DNA of 64,000 nt from Macrostomum lignano (taxonomy: Eukaryota), in contig NIVC01003770.1 in NCBI GenBank assembly GCA_002269645.1, forward strand, positions 13,715-77,714, given 5' to 3'. The first letter of the stretch is position 1; every line of letters begins with the position of its first letter. Shown one piece after another: positions 62,065 through 64,000 of this stretch. The notes under the pieces were generated by a model that worked only from the letters and a program-made list of their open reading frames with translations, was not told the origin of the DNA and searched no databases. Both the position numbers and the translations under genes were made by a program.

Positions 62065-62395
62065 TTAGGGGTTGAAGGGAGCGGGGTTGAAGGATCGGGG
62101 TTGAAGGGATCGGGGTTGAAGGGATCGGGGTTGAAGGGATCGGGTTGAAGGGATCGGGGTTGAAGGGATCGGGGTTGAAGGGATCGGAGTTGAAGGGATC
62201 GGGGTTGAAAGGATCGGGGTTGAAGGGATCGGGGTTGAAGGGAGCGGGGTTGAAGGGATTGGGATTGAAGGGATTGGGATTGAAGGGATTGGGGGTTGAA
62301 GGATCGGGGTTGAAGGGATTGGGATTGAAGGGATTGGGGGTTGAAGGGATTGGGATTGAAGGGATTGGGGGTTGAAGGGATTGGGTTGATTGGGT
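62065..62395. repeat. 15-bp G-rich minisatellite (GGGGTTGAAGGGATC)n filling a PDZ-gene intron
   Basis: Direct reading. Confidence 0.93.
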
Positions 62396-62513
62396 TGTTG
62401 GGAAGATTTTAGAAGTGTTCGAAAAAGTTTGGGTTCAAGTTTAAGGGTTGCAGTATTGAAGATCAAGTTGTACTAAATAGGCAAATGTCAGCACAAAGCA
62501 ACCGGGAACCAAC

Positions 62514-62624
62514 CTCTCCAACAAACACGTCTGTGGCCATGTCGGGGCTGCCGCTGTCGGCGCAGCTGTAGCAGAGGGTGAGACCCAGCTTCTCCCTCGC
62601 TGAGCTCCGGTGCAGCGTCACCTC
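62514..62624 (-). CDS. PDZRN3/PDZRN4/PDZD4 (Slip1-like) family protein: exon encoding the first half of a PDZ domain
   Basis: Acceptor TTCCCACAG|GAG. Reads EVTLHRSSAREKLGLTLCY...DVFVGE. Donor GAG|GTTGGT, phase 0. Upstream exons lie beyond the right edge. Confidence 0.85.
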
Positions 62625-62664
62625 CTGTGGGAAGGAAGACGCGGTTTGGTCTGCATATGGGGTC

Positions 62665-64000
62665 AGTTTATTCATCTACAGACCCATCTATGGCATCAAT
62701 TTATCCATCTACAGATCCATCGATGGCATCAGTTTGTTCATCTACAGATCCATCGATGGCATCAGTTAATTCATCTACAGACCCATCTATGGCATCAGTT
62801 TATCCATCTACAGACCCATCGATGGCATCAGTTTGTTCATCTTTAGATCCATCTATGGCATCAGTTTATCCATCTACAGATCCATCGATGGCATCAGTTT
62901 CCATCTACAGACCATCGATGGCATCAGTTTGTTCATCTTTAGATCCATCTATGGCATCAGTTTGTTCATCTTTAGATCCATCTATGGCATCAGTTCATTC
63001 ATCTACAGAGCCATCTATGGCATCAGTTTGTTCATCTACAGATCCATCTATGGCATCAGTTTGTTCATCTACAGATCCATCTATGGCATCAGTTTGTTCA
63101 TCTTTAGATCCATCTATGGCATCAGTTCATTCATCTACAGAGCCATCTATGGCATCAGTTTGTTCATCTACAGATCCATCTATGGCATCAGTTTGTTCAT
63201 CTACAGATCCATCTATGGCATCAGTTAATTCATCTACAGACCCATCTATGGCATCAGTTCATTCATCTACAGACCCATCTATATGGCATCAGTTTATCCA
63301 TCTACAGACTCATCTATGGCATCAGTTCATTCATCTACAGACCCATCGATGGCATCAATTCATTCATCTACAGACCCATCTATATGGCATCAGTTTGTTC
63401 ATCTACAGACCCATCTATGGCATCAGTTTGTTCATCTACAGATCCATCGATAGCATCAGTTTGTTCATCTACAGATCCATCGATGGCATCAGTTTGTTCA
63501 TCTACAGATCCATCTATGGCATCAGTTTGTTCATCTACAGATCCATCGATGGCATCAGTTTGTTCATCTACAGATCCATCGATGGCATCAGTTTGTTCAT
63601 CTACAGATCCATCGATAGCATCAGTTTGTTCATCTACAGATCCATCGATGGCATCAGTTTGTTCATCTACAGACCCATCTATATGGCATCAGTTCATTCA
63701 TCTACAGACCCATCTATATGGCATCAGTTCATTCATCTACAGACCCATCTATATGGCATCAGTTCATTCATCTACAGACCCATCTATATGGCATCAGTTC
63801 ATTCATCTACAGACCCATCGATGGCATCAGTTTGTTCATCTACAGACCCATCTATATGGCATCAGTTCATTCATCTACAGACCCATCTATATGGCATCAG
63901 TTCATTCATCTACAGACCCATCTATATGGCATCAGTTCATTCATCTACAGACCCATCTATATGGCATCAGTTCATTCATCTACAGACCCATCTATATGCA
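62665..64000. repeat. 33/35-bp minisatellite (CATCTATGGCATCAGTTTGTTCATCTACAGATC)n, running off the window edge
   Basis: Direct reading. Confidence 0.96.

Overview
Eukaryotic (animal) genomic DNA, not prokaryotic. It has GT-AG introns, GC-rich exons with poly-Q/poly-A runs, and about 30 different tandem-repeat arrays. The style resembles a free-living flatworm such as Macrostomum (inference only). Genes supported by the sequence: (1) the 5' half of an L-type voltage-gated Ca2+ channel alpha-1 (Cav1) gene on the minus strand, with 8 exons from 19417 to 486 whose splice phases all join, continuing off the left edge, and an apparent 1-nt frameshift near 11584; (2) a 3-exon orphan type-I membrane protein with one Ig-like domain (+, 36911-39928); (3) a single-coding-exon orphan type-I membrane protein (+, 42198-43445); (4) a phostensin/taperin-like protein (-, 49483-46485); (5) an intronless prohormone convertase 2 (-, 56845-54872) carrying Asn where PC2 normally has the oxyanion-hole Asp; (6) the last two exons of a PDZRN3/PDZRN4/PDZD4-family PDZ protein (-, 62624-60972). 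Mobile DNA: a full-length but frameshifted DD34D mariner (7446-8764) in a Cav1 intron, a decayed LINE 3' end, and several MITE-like inverted-repeat elements. Most long ORFs in the supplied track are translations of tandem repeats and are not genes. I found no CRISPR array, rRNA or convincing tRNA. I did not find a clearly new multi-gene system; the best leads are the atypical PC2, the divergent Cav1 AID with its micro-exons, the phostensin-like gene, and the two orphan receptors that share an upstream motif.
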